47,460 bases of DNA from Planctomycetota bacterium (GTDB taxonomy: Bacteria; Planctomycetota; SZUA-567; H5-PLA8): contig BTVV01000042.1 in the NCBI GenBank assembly GCA_045863855.1, positions 1 through 47,460 of the forward strand, read 5' to 3'. The translations under genes and the position numbers were made by a program. Numbering within the stretch: the stretch's first letter is position 1; each line of letters begins with the position of its first letter. A model generated the notes under the pieces. It was given only the letters and a program-made list of their open reading frames with translations, ran no database searches and was not told the origin of the DNA. This document shows positions 19,585-29,784 of the stretch, piece by piece.

Positions 19585-20478
19585 GTGATCCGATGGATGC
19601 TCTCGATCCTGCTCTGCGTACTGGCCATGGGCGCAGGGGCCGAAGACGCCGCGCAGACGCCGCGCAAGAAGCTCGTCGTCTGTTCCACCACGCAGGTCGC
19701 CGATTTCGCGCGCCAGGTGGCGGGCGATCACCTGAAAGTGCAGTGCATCCTCGCGCCGGGCGCCGACCCGCACCTGTACGAACCCAAGCCCGGCGACGCA
19801 CGCTTGGTCCAGCAATGCGATCTGGTGCTCCAGAACGGGCTGGGCCTGGAAGGCAAAAACTGGATGGCCACACTGGCCCAAGACGCGGCCAAGCCCGTCG
19901 TGACGCTGACCGACGGCATCAAGCCGCTTAAACTGGAGGAAGAAGGCGCCGCGCACGACGATCCGCACGCTTGGTTTACGCCGGCAAACGCCGCGGTGTA
20001 CATCCGTAACACGCTGGCGGCGCTTACCAAGCTCGAGCCCGAGCACGCGGCTGCCTTCGAAGCGCGCGCGCAGCTTTACTTGCAGCAACTGCGCGTCCTG
20101 GACGGCTGGATCAAGGAGCAAGTCAACCAGATCCCGAAAGAACAGCGCATCCTCGTCACCAGCCACGATGCCTTTAACTACTTCGCGCAGGAATACGGCT
20201 TCAAGAACGAAGCGCCCGCCGGCTGGTCCACCGAGGGCGAGATCACGCCCGACGCCCGGCAGCGCGTGGTCCGCTCCATCTCCGGCTTCAACGTGAAGGC
20301 GATCTTCGTCGAGACGAGCGTCAACCCGAAGGTGATCGAAGACATCGCGCGGGAGGCGGGCGTGAAAAAAGGCGGCGAACTATACTCCGATTCGATGGGC
20401 GCGGCGGGCACGGCCGGCGAAACCTACATCGGCATGATGCGCGAGAACGTCCTGACCATCGTGAACGCGCTTAAGTAG
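19585..20478 (+). CDS. Metal ABC transporter substrate-binding protein (TroA/MntC/ZnuA cluster A-I)
   Basis: Signal peptide; PGADPHLYEP, NGLGLE, DPHAW, LVTSHDAFNYF, IFVETSVNP, LYSDS (His/His/His/Asp TroA-type ligand set); GTG start behind GGAGGAG. Confidence 0.93.
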   Translation: MIRWMLSILLCVLAMGAGAEDAAQTPRKKLVVCSTTQVADFARQVAGDHLKVQCILAPGADPHLYEPKPGDARLVQQCDLVLQNGLGLEGKNWMATLAQDAAKPVVTLTDGIKPLKLEEEGAAHDDPHAWFTPANAAVYIRNTLAALTKLEPEHAAAFEARAQLYLQQLRVLDGWIKEQVNQIPKEQRILVTSHDAFNYFAQEYGFKNEAPAGWSTEGEITPDARQRVVRSISGFNVKAIFVETSVNPKVIEDIAREAGVKKGGELYSDSMGAAGTAGETYIGMMRENVLTIVNALK

Positions 20479-20506
20479 TTCCGTTCGGCTGGCGGAGGCG
20501 AAGACG

Positions 20507-21035
20507 ATGCGGCTGGCTTTGGTGGCGGCGATCTGGGCGATCCTGGTGGGCGGCGTCCACGCGTATCTGCATCTGCGCACGGAAGCGCGGCCCGCGCCGG
20601 ATACGCGCTTCGAACGCGCCGAGGCGGCGGGCCGCTACGAACTGGAGGTCACGGCGAGCTTCTCCTGGCGCGCGGAAGACGCCGCACCCGATCCGTTCGC
20701 CCTGAAGGCCGAGACCTCCGCCGCGCCGCCGCTCGCGTTCAAGCTCGACGGTCAGGACCTGCCCGTCTGGTCGCAGCCCCTTGAGGCGGGGCAGCCGGTG
20801 CGCACCGCCCCCCTCCCCGGCGTCAAGACCGGGATCGTCGAGATTCTGGTGCGCGCGCAACCCCCGCCGGACGAAGCGCAGCGCCGCCACGCGCTGCGCT
20901 TGCGCCTTCTGCGCGACGGCGAAGCCCTCGACGAGCGCACCTTTTGGACCGAGCCCGGCCTGGGGCTGACCGCCACCTTTGCGGTGCGCGTCGATTCGGC
21001 GCAGAGCCCCTGGCGCGCGGAAGGGCACGAACACG

Positions 21036-21046
<11 letters not shown>
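20507..21046 (+). CDS. Hypothetical membrane-anchored protein inside the metal ABC operon
   Basis: GGAGG RBS, N-terminal TM/signal, predicted beta-rich body, C-terminal EGHEHDGH; overlaps the ATPase start. Confidence 0.65.
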
Positions 21047-21847
<801 letters not shown>

Positions 21848-21851
<4 letters not shown>

Positions 21852-23383
21852 GCGGCTTGTACGATTTTTTTGCCGAGCCCTTCGCGTACCCCTGGTTCGC
21901 CAAGGCGCTCTTGTCCGGTTGTATCGTGGCCTTGGTCTGTTCGGTGGTCGGCTGCCTAGTGATTCTGCGGCGCATGGCCTTCCTGGGCGATGCGCTCTCG
22001 CATGCCATGATCGCCGGGGTCGGCGCCGGATACCTTTTCACCAAGGTCGTCTTCGGCTACCGCGCGCACGCGCCCAGCATGCTCATCGGCGCGCTCCTGG
22101 CGGCTGTCTTGACCGTCATGCTGATCAACTTCGTCTCGCGTTCGAGCCGCATCAAGGAAGACGCGAGCATCGGGATCATGTATTGCTTCATCTTCGCCGC
22201 GGGGCTCGTCCTGGTCACCCGCTTCCAGGATCTGATCCACATCCACATCCAGCACTTCCTCGTCGGCGACGTGCTGAGCGTGGCCGACGACGACTTGAAG
22301 CTCGTTGCCTACGTCGCCGCCGCGGTGCTCACCTGCATCGTCGTCTTTTTCCGGCACTTCCAGATCGCCGCGTTCGATCCGGTCATGGCCGCCTCATTGG
22401 GCTTCAACGTGGGTCTGCTGGATTACCTCTTCACCCTCTGCGTCTCGCTGGTGGTGGTGAGCGCCATCAGCATGGTCGGCGTGATCCTGGTGGTGGGGCT
22501 GTTGATCACTCCGGCGGCCACGGCCTACCTGCTCACCGACCGATTGAACCGCATGATGGCACTGGCCGGACTCTTCGGCGTCAGCAGCGTGATCGGCGGT
22601 CTTTACCTGGGCGTGGCGCTCAATTCGTCAGGCGGCGGCTCGATCATGGTCTTTTGCTCGCTGCAGTTTCTGCTCGTCCTGGCCCTCTCGCCGCGCTACG
22701 GGCTGCTGGCGGGTTGGCTGCGGCGCCGCGGCCGCGTACCGCAGGACCAAGTCGAGGATCTGCTCCGCGCGGTGCTCAAATCCGGCACGGCGCAGCAGCC
22801 CGAACAACTGGCGCAGCAAGCCAACCAGCCGCTCCACCGCGTGCAGCGCACGCTCAAGGCCATGCGCAAAGACGGACTGCTCGAGGAGACCGGCGGCGCC
22901 CACGCCCTCACCGCCGCCGGGCTCACCCAGGCCAAGCGCGTCATGCGCGCGCACCGGCTCTGGGAAACGTATCTCCAGCGCGTCGGCACCCCGGACGCCG
23001 AGATCGACGCGCGCGCGCACTCGCTGGAACACATCTACGAAGAAGAAGCGATCGACTACCTCGATCACAAGCTCGGACATCCGCTCATCGATCCGCACGG
23101 CAGCGAAATTCCGGCCGACTTCGTGCATCTGGAAAGCGGGCTTCCGGTGATGCTGAGTCTGCTGCGCAACGAACAGCGCGCGCGCGTGGTCTCGCTGCGC
23201 GAACCCAGCGCGGGAATCGAACTCAAAATCGGCGAAACGATCGTCATGGCCGGGCGCGGCGAGGAAGGAAAGGTCTGGTCGATCCGGCGCGAGGACGGCC
23301 GCGTGCTGCAGCTTCCGCACGAACTGGCCGACCGCGTGATCGTTCAGGTGCTTACGGGTGATGCGGTGCCCATCAAGGGCTGA
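21848..23383 (+). CDS. Metal ABC transporter permease (ABC-3) fused to a C-terminal DtxR-like domain
   Basis: ABC-3 motifs RRMAFLGDALSHAMIAG, KEDASIG, AFDPVMA, VGVILVVGLLITPAATA; after about 22721 a wHTH, RAHRLWETYL...AHSLEH...DPHGSEIP and a FeoA/SH3-like tail; ATG 21848 overlaps the ATPase stop. Confidence 0.9.
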
Positions 23384-24338
23384 TATCGAAGACCGGCGTC
23401 AAGCCCTCGGGAACCGACGGGGTGAACTCGAAGGGCGTATCGCCGATGATACGCGGCGGCGCGACGATCACGCCCGGCAACCCCGGGAAGCCCGGCGTCG
23501 CACCCACCGCTGGCGTGTCAGGAATCACCGGGGCCGGAAGCGGCAGATCGTCGCCCGGATGCGGCTCATCGCCCGTGAAGAGCGGAATCTCGCCCAGCAA
23601 ATCGTTCAGCGCTTCCGTGGGCATCACCTCCGGAACCGGATCGGTATGCGTCAGGTCGCAGTAGTGCGCCTGTTGCCCGGGCTTGTCGAGCACGATGGCC
23701 GCCGAACCGGACAACGCGCCGAGCGTTTCGATCCGGCCGTCGATCAGCGTCACGATCGTACAGCCGTGCTTGCCGACCTGTTGGGCCTCGCGATGCCGCA
23801 CTACGAAGCTCGAGACCTGCGTCGTCTGCAACTGCATCGCCTGCGTTCGTAAAACGAAACCGCCCGCGTGCGCCACGGGGCTGATTTTTGCGCGCAGCAT
23901 CCCGTGGTACAACGTGAGCGCCGTGCGCACGCCGCGTGTAGTGAGCACCCGTTCGGTCAGCGTCAATCGCGCGTTCGGGCCCAGCACCAGCAGCGAACCG
24001 TCCATCAGCTGGATCTGTGCGGTGGTCTCTTCGTCGGTCGTCAAGGTATCCAGCGGACGGATGCGCGCCCCGACGGAAACCTCTTCGGATTGGCCGGTTC
24101 CGCGGCGCTGAATCGTGAGCCGCGGTTCGCGCAACTCACCCACCAACTCCTCGCCTTGGCGCTCCAGCGTCGGCACCGTGCGCAGCGTGACCACCAAGGC
24201 ATCGGTCAGCGGGAGGACGGGAGCAGCAGGAGCCGGGGGTACGCTTTGCGGCTGGACTTCGGGCGTCTCGGACTCGGCGCGCGCCAGCGGCAGCGCTAAC
24301 ATGGCCAAGCTCAATAAAACCCAACCATTCCAGCGCAT
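23373..24338 (-). CDS. Secreted FecR-domain protein with Pro-rich C-terminus
   Basis: Signal peptide from ATG 24338; DTLTTDEETTAQIQLMDGSLLVLGPNARLTL, LYHGMLRAKI, FVLRT, VTLIDGRIE. Confidence 0.7.
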   Translation of the reverse strand: MRWNGWVLLSLAMLALPLARAESETPEVQPQSVPPAPAAPVLPLTDALVVTLRTVPTLERQGEELVGELREPRLTIQRRGTGQSEEVSVGARIRPLDTLTTDEETTAQIQLMDGSLLVLGPNARLTLTERVLTTRGVRTALTLYHGMLRAKISPVAHAGGFVLRTQAMQLQTTQVSSFVVRHREAQQVGKHGCTIVTLIDGRIETLGALSGSAAIVLDKPGQQAHYCDLTHTDPVPEVMPTEALNDLLGEIPLFTGDEPHPGDDLPLPAPVIPDTPAVGATPGFPGLPGVIVAPPRIIGDTPFEFTPSVPEGLTPVFDISP

Positions 24339-24629
24339 ACGCCCACTTCCCGGTTGCAAGTCGAACCGCTTCACGGCTCTACCCTTAGATCGTTCAAGTG
24401 TACCGCACCTTGAGCAGAAACCCAAGCGCCAATTGATGCACCTTGCGCCACCTCGATGCCACATGGACTTACATAAATCAAACCGCTTGCCAAAGCGAAA
24501 CGCATTAACGCACTTGTGAGGCGCGCACTTCCTGCACGCCGATTGCTAGGCTTAAGCCTATAAACGTGGTAGAGTTCCACGTTTGGGTCGTTTTGACCGG
24601 TCAGATTCGGCTTTGCGGAGCAACGGGAC

Positions 24630-24926
24630 ATGCCCACCTACGCCTACCAGTGCGCGGCTTGCGGACACGAGTTCGAGAAGTTCGAGAGCATCAAAGCGAA
24701 GCCCAGCAAGGACTGCCCGGCGTGCAAGAAAAAGAAGGCCGAGCGCCAGATTTCGGGCGGCGCGGGCTTCTTGTTCAAGGGTCAGGGCTTCTACACAACC
24801 GATTATCGCAGCAGCTCTTACAAGGAAGCGGCGAAGAAGGATTCATCGAGCAGCAGCAGTTGCGGCACGGGCGGCTGCGGCAAGGAAGCCTGCGCTAAGC
24901 CAAGTACATCCAGTGCCAAGGATTAA
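24630..24926 (+). CDS. FmdB-family zinc-ribbon protein
   Basis: MPTYAYQCAACGHEFE...CPAC...RQISGGAGFLFKGQGFYTTDY. Confidence 0.9.
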   Translation: MPTYAYQCAACGHEFEKFESIKAKPSKDCPACKKKKAERQISGGAGFLFKGQGFYTTDYRSSSYKEAAKKDSSSSSSCGTGGCGKEACAKPSTSSAKD

Positions 24927-25411
24927 GGCGCTTCGATCGGCAGGCCGGCGGCTCGATAGGCCGGCCACCCACCTTCAAACACCTGTGCATCCGGAAAGCC
25001 GCGGCTGTCGAGCGCGGCGGCCAAGCGGTCGCCGCTGAGGCAGTCTCCGCTGTCGCAAACCACGACCATCAGCCGTGCTCCAGACAAAAAGGGAAAGAGC
25101 GACTCCAGCTTCTCGTCCAAGGTTTCCGGCGTAACTGCGAAGCCGCCCGCGACTTTTCCTTCGGCGAGGAGCCGTTCGGAACGCGCGTCCAGCAACAAGA
25201 CGCCGCCTTGGGGAAGCGCTTCGCGCAAGCGGGCGGCGTCGATGCGCGGGGCGCGTTCGGGCAGCGCGCCGGGACCGCGCGGATCGGTCAGTGCGATCGG
25301 ACGCGCGGACAGCGCGTTCGTGCCCAAGCCCAGCATGACGGCCAACCCCAACAGCAGCGCCGCGCGCTTCGTCTCGCGGCGCCAATCGGTCGCGGCAGGC
25401 CCCTCGCTCAC
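24923..25411 (-). CDS. Membrane-anchored rhodanese-like protein
   Basis: N-terminal TM, LLLDARS, VVVCDSGDC active-site loop, FEGGWPAY...GLP. Confidence 0.8.
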   Translation of the reverse strand: MSEGPAATDWRRETKRAALLLGLAVMLGLGTNALSARPIALTDPRGPGALPERAPRIDAARLREALPQGGVLLLDARSERLLAEGKVAGGFAVTPETLDEKLESLFPFLSGARLMVVVCDSGDCLSGDRLAAALDSRGFPDAQVFEGGWPAYRAAGLPIEAP

Positions 25412-25415
25412 CGGC

Positions 25416-26648
25416 CTAGGGCGCTCCCAGCTTGGGCGGAGGCGCGGGCTTGCTCAGGGGTTCGCGCGTCTGCGGATCCAGCGGCGCCGAGAGCGCGTAA
25501 GGCACGCGCAGTTCCTTGCCGCCCGCCAGCTTGAAGATCAACTCCCCGTTCAGCGAGCCGTAATGCCGCTCGTACGATTCCTTGAATGTGATCGTTCCTT
25601 CCAGTTGCACCCCTTGGGCCTTGAAGGCGGCTTCCACGGCGCGCCCGGCGGAATCGGCGACCGCATCGACCTGTACGGGCAGGTTGTCCGCACGGCGCAG
25701 ATAGCACGTCAGCGGCGCGATGCTGCCGTCCGGGCGGCGCATGGCGATGAACGAGAGCGGTTGGACGATCACCTCGCCGCGCACGCTGGCCAGCACGCCC
25801 AGCGGGATGCGCCGCGCCTTCGGGTTGTCCGTTACGATGGTGTAAGAGCCCTTGATCAGCCCCGAGCGTTCGCCGGCCTTGAGCGTGACTTCGATCTCGT
25901 GCGCCGCGCCGTGGGCGCCGGGCTTGGGCCGGTGCGCAAGCGCGATCTCGGCCTGCGCGTCCCCTTCGATCTTCAAGACCTTAAACGGCTCCTCGTTGTA
26001 GTGCCGCAGTTCCAGTTTCAACGTGTTCGCTTGGCCGGCGGCAATCATTCCGAAACTCGCCGACGGCGGTTCGAGCAGCAGTTCGTGATGCACCGTCGCG
26101 ACGACCGTAGGCGTGACGTGCGCCCAGACGGCCTCGTCGGTGCGCACATAAATCGCGACCCGGTCGGCGTAGCGGCTGGGCAGCGCATGGTAGCTCGCGC
26201 GCAATTCGCAGCTCTCGCCGGGCTCCAGTTTCCGCGCCAAAGGCGAAACGTTGAGGCATCCGCACGAGCCGGCGGCCTCCTTGATCGTGATCGCCTTATC
26301 GGTGGGATTCGAGATCTTGAAGAGCAGCGGGTGATGCGTCTCGGGATCCACTTTGCCCAGATCGATCAGTGGCGGTTCGACGGTAAGCTTCGAGATCGTC
26401 GGCTGTCCGCTGACCGGCTCGTACTTGCCGGGATGCGCGGAAGTGGCGTCGCCGGTCTGCCCCGTGAGCGGCGGCACGAGTTGCTTTTCGGGCGGCGGTA
26501 AGTCGGGCGACTTGGTTTCGGCAACCGCGGGCGGCGGAGGGACCACGGCGGCCGGCTCGGCGGGCGGCGCCTGCCGGCCCCAGATCACGTACGCCGCCGC
26601 CAACCCCAGCAGCGCGCCAAGCACGGTAAATCGAAGTCGCTCCGCCAT
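25416..26648 (-). CDS. DUF1573 (Ig-like) domain protein
   Basis: N-terminal TM, Pro-rich linker, IDLGKV...FKISNPT..AITI...GSCGC...LEPGES; further beta-sandwich units. Confidence 0.75.
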   Translation of the reverse strand: MAERLRFTVLGALLGLAAAYVIWGRQAPPAEPAAVVPPPPAVAETKSPDLPPPEKQLVPPLTGQTGDATSAHPGKYEPVSGQPTISKLTVEPPLIDLGKVDPETHHPLLFKISNPTDKAITIKEAAGSCGCLNVSPLARKLEPGESCELRASYHALPSRYADRVAIYVRTDEAVWAHVTPTVVATVHHELLLEPPSASFGMIAAGQANTLKLELRHYNEEPFKVLKIEGDAQAEIALAHRPKPGAHGAAHEIEVTLKAGERSGLIKGSYTIVTDNPKARRIPLGVLASVRGEVIVQPLSFIAMRRPDGSIAPLTCYLRRADNLPVQVDAVADSAGRAVEAAFKAQGVQLEGTITFKESYERHYGSLNGELIFKLAGGKELRVPYALSAPLDPQTREPLSKPAPPPKLGAP

Positions 26649-26755
26649 GCCTGCCGCCGCCTCCTTCCCGCACGCGCATGCAAGACGCGCGGCGGGGCCG
26701 ATTCTTAGACGCTCGTTGTCCGATCGGGCTTCGGCGGACCCAGCCCAACTTAAGC

Positions 26756-27244
26756 TTAAGCCTTGACGGTCGCCTTGACGATCAGGACCGGCTGCTTGGG
26801 TTGCGCTTCGCTGAGCCGCCCCGGCTTTTCCACCGCCACCTTGCGAATCTTGTCGATCACATCGGTGCCGGCCACGACCTTCCCGAAAGCGCAGTATTTG
26901 CCGTCGTCGAGGAAATCGTTGTCCGCCACATTGATATAAAATTGCGCCGTGGCGCTGTTGAGGTCGCTGGTGCGGGCCATGGCCAGGCCGTACATGCAGT
27001 TGGTCGCGCCGTTGCCCGACTCGTTCTTGATCGGGGCGCGCGTGGCTTTCTGCTTGCCGCTCTGATCGAAGCCGCCGCCCTGAATCATGAAGCCGTCGAT
27101 CACGCGGTGAAAGATCGTCGCGTCGTAATGCTTATCGGTCACGTACTGCAGGAAATTCTTGACCGTGACCGGGGCCTTGTCCTGGTACAGCTCGGCCTCG
27201 AACGAGCCCTGACTGGTCTCGAAGACGACGACGGGGTTGGCCAT
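26756..27244 (-). CDS. Cyclophilin-type peptidyl-prolyl cis-trans isomerase
   Basis: APVTVKNF, YDATIFHRVIDGFMIQGGGF, AMART..SATAQFYINV, FGKVVAG; ATG 27244 behind AGGAG. Confidence 0.95.
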   Translation of the reverse strand: MANPVVVFETSQGSFEAELYQDKAPVTVKNFLQYVTDKHYDATIFHRVIDGFMIQGGGFDQSGKQKATRAPIKNESGNGATNCMYGLAMARTSDLNSATAQFYINVADNDFLDDGKYCAFGKVVAGTDVIDKIRKVAVEKPGRLSEAQPKQPVLIVKATVKA

Positions 27245-27434
27245 GGCGTTTCTCCTGGGTTGAGCGTTTGAAGAATCGAATGTAGTGGATGTTCCGAAAG
27301 CCCGCAACCGTGAGCCGGAGCCGGCGAGGCCGCAAGGTGCTTTCGCCTTTGGACGCTCCGCGCCCCCAATCCCGATCTTGTAATCCCGGCCAGAGGCACC
27401 ATAACCGGTATCCTTACACAACGGGGATACGGGC

Positions 27435-28010
27435 ATGCTGGGCTTGGTGTACCGCCTGCTCTTTAAGATGGTCGCGGACAAAGGCGGACCCGAAGCCGTC
27501 GCCCGCGTGCGCGCGCAGGCCGGGGTCGACGAGGCCCGGGTCTACCGCATGAACGAGCCGTACCCCGACGACGAATGGCAGCGCATCTTCGCCGCCGCCT
27601 GCGACGTCCTCGATGTCGCGCCCGGCAAAGCCGAAAAACTCTTCGCCGAATGCTTCTTCGCCGACGCTTACGCGCGCTTCCCCAAGTGGTTCGAAATGTG
27701 CAAGACCGCGCGCGAACTGCTGGAACTCCAGCCCGTAATCCACAACGGATTCGCCACGGGCCTTCAGGCGCCCGCCGAACGCCATAAGGTGATCGACAAG
27801 TTCCGCGTCGAAGCGCAGGACGACCGCATCGTCACGCATTATCGTTCGCCCAACAAACTCTGCGGTTTCTACGTCGCGCTGGTCGAACGCGTACTCGCTC
27901 ACTACGGCGAACGGGCCGAGATCACCATGCTCAAGAGCCTGAAAAAAGGCGACGACGAATCGGAGATCGCGATCCGCTTCTTGGGCAAGGATACGCGCCA
28001 TGCCCGCTGA
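27435..28010 (+). CDS. Heme NO/O2-binding (H-NOX/HNOB) domain protein, divergent
   Basis: 191 aa; H-NOX-type start MLGLVY..L..MV...GG, Y.....YPD.E, His103 at the proximal-ligand position, YRSPN aligned with YxSxR, V4R-like C-terminus. Confidence 0.8.
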   Translation: MLGLVYRLLFKMVADKGGPEAVARVRAQAGVDEARVYRMNEPYPDDEWQRIFAAACDVLDVAPGKAEKLFAECFFADAYARFPKWFEMCKTARELLELQPVIHNGFATGLQAPAERHKVIDKFRVEAQDDRIVTHYRSPNKLCGFYVALVERVLAHYGERAEITMLKSLKKGDDESEIAIRFLGKDTRHAR

Positions 28011-29223
28011 AGATCCCATGGACATCCGCGTGCCGGACGCCGAGCTGCGCGCCTGGATCGAGCGCATCGCCGACGAACTGTGCCTGACCGTGAACGGGCA
28101 ATTCGACCATCTCGTGCGCGTCGAAGTGAACGACGACTCGCTCGAAAAGCTCCAGATGCTCGTCAATTTCGTCCTCGACCACGCGCGACGCGCGGCCGAA
28201 GCGCGCCAGGAAGCCGACCGGCTGGTGCGCGAGAACCTGACCCTGGCCCGGCAGGTGGGCACCTATCGCGAACTGGGCCATTACCGGCTCGAGGAGATCA
28301 TCGGCAGCGGCGGGATGGGCGAAGTCTGGCGCGGGCGGCACCGCATGCTCGCACGGCCCGCCGCCGTGAAGCTGATCCGCCGCGAAGCACTCGGCATCCA
28401 CAACCCCGACCGCACCATCTCGCGCTTTCAGCGCGAAGCGCGCGCCACGGCCAAGCTGCGCAGCCCGCACACCATCGCCGTGTACGACTTCGGGGTCCAC
28501 GAGAACGATTTCTACTACGTCATGGAACTCCTCGAAGGCGTCGATCTGCACACGCTGATCCAGGAAGACGGCGTGCAGCCGCCCGAGCGCGTCGCGCACA
28601 TCCTCGAACAGGCCTGCCACTCGCTCGAAGAGGCGCACCGCGCGGGCCTGGTGCACCGCGACATCAAGCCCGGCAATCTGCATCTCTGCCAATACGGGAT
28701 CGACTACGATTTCGTCAAAGTGCTCGACTTCGGGCTGGTCAAGAGTTTCCAGGACAGCACCGAGCCGCATCTGACCGAGGACGGCAGCTTTGCCGGCACG
28801 CCCGCCTTCCTCGCGCCGGAATCGATCGTCGGCAAGCGCCCCGTGGATGGACGCGCCGACCTGTACGCGTTGGGGCACACGGCCTACCTGATGCTCGCCG
28901 GGCGGCAGTGCTTCGAATCCAGCACGCCCTTCGGCGCGGCCATGAAGCAGGTCAACGAGACGCCGGTCCCGCTTTCGGCGCATCCTGGCGTCAAAATTCC
29001 CGAAGCGCTGGAAAAGCTCGTGATGAGCTGCCTGGAAAAAGATCCCGACCGCCGGCCCCCATCGGCCGGGGATCTGGCGCGCGAACTGCGCCACTCGAAA
29101 TTAGCCGAGGCATGGACCGAGGACCGCCAGCGCGCGTGGTGGGAACGGTGGTGGCTGCGCCACGGCGGGCGCAAGCCCGAGTCGGACGACTCCAACGTGG
29201 CCAATGAACTCTTGAATCCGTAG
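28000..29223 (+). CDS. Soluble Hanks-type Ser/Thr kinase with N-terminal HAMP-like helical domain
   Basis: IGSGGMGEVW, AAVK, HRDIKPGN, DFG, GTPAFLAPE, DLYALG; no TM segment; 11-bp overlap with the H-NOX gene. Confidence 0.92.
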   Translation: MPAEDPMDIRVPDAELRAWIERIADELCLTVNGQFDHLVRVEVNDDSLEKLQMLVNFVLDHARRAAEARQEADRLVRENLTLARQVGTYRELGHYRLEEIIGSGGMGEVWRGRHRMLARPAAVKLIRREALGIHNPDRTISRFQREARATAKLRSPHTIAVYDFGVHENDFYYVMELLEGVDLHTLIQEDGVQPPERVAHILEQACHSLEEAHRAGLVHRDIKPGNLHLCQYGIDYDFVKVLDFGLVKSFQDSTEPHLTEDGSFAGTPAFLAPESIVGKRPVDGRADLYALGHTAYLMLAGRQCFESSTPFGAAMKQVNETPVPLSAHPGVKIPEALEKLVMSCLEKDPDRRPPSAGDLARELRHSKLAEAWTEDRQRAWWERWWLRHGGRKPESDDSNVANELLNP

Positions 29224-29236
29224 CCGGACGAAGCGC

Positions 29237-29680
29237 TTACTGGCCTTCGAGCACGCGCAGCCGTTGCTGCACTTCGCGTTTGCCCAGCCCGCGCACGGCG
29301 GCCAGCGCGGCAATCTGCGCCTTGCGCGGCTGCGTCTTCCCGGACTCCCAGAAATAAACCGACTGCGCCGACGCGCCCACCAGCTTGCCGTAATCTCCTG
29401 CCGATAGATTCAGCTTTTCGCGGTGCTTTTTCAGCCAGATCGGACTGAAGCGGACCTTCTCGGCCTTCGCGCCGCTCAACTCCGGCTTGGCCACGCGCTC
29501 GCGTTCCTGGCCTTCCAGGAAGGCGACTTGCCTGACCAGCCGCGCGACCTGCCGCTTCAGCGCCGCGATATCGCGGCGATATTGCGCCGACGCGCGCTGG
29601 AGGTGCCCCGTCTGCGAACGGCCTTCCTTACGCGATATGCGCGCAATTTCGGACTTCAATGTAGCGGCGAAACTGGACAT
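29237..29680 (-). CDS. XRE-family HTH transcriptional regulator with N-terminal coiled coil
   Basis: LKSEIARISRKE, coiled coil, REKLNLSAGDYGKLVGASAQSVYFWESGKTQPR. Confidence 0.85.
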   Translation of the reverse strand: MSSFAATLKSEIARISRKEGRSQTGHLQRASAQYRRDIAALKRQVARLVRQVAFLEGQERERVAKPELSGAKAEKVRFSPIWLKKHREKLNLSAGDYGKLVGASAQSVYFWESGKTQPRKAQIAALAAVRGLGKREVQQRLRVLEGQ

Positions 29681-29784
29681 TATTCGAAAGCCCTCGTTTA
29701 GAATGGCTTCGCATGATAGCCGATTTAGAAAAAATAAAGCGAAAGAAATACACTTGGGCGATCGAACGCCGCTTTAAGCCGGTT

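Noticed and set aside
27408..27430. GTATCC/GGATAC hairpin covering the H-NOX ribosome-binding region
   Set aside because: Only a 6-bp core stem; could arise by chance and no riboswitch features were recognised
29237..29680. XRE regulator next to a kinase as a HipBA-like toxin-antitoxin or prophage remnant
   Set aside because: The neighbouring kinases are Hanks-type, not HipA; the nearest is convergent; no phage or integrase genes present
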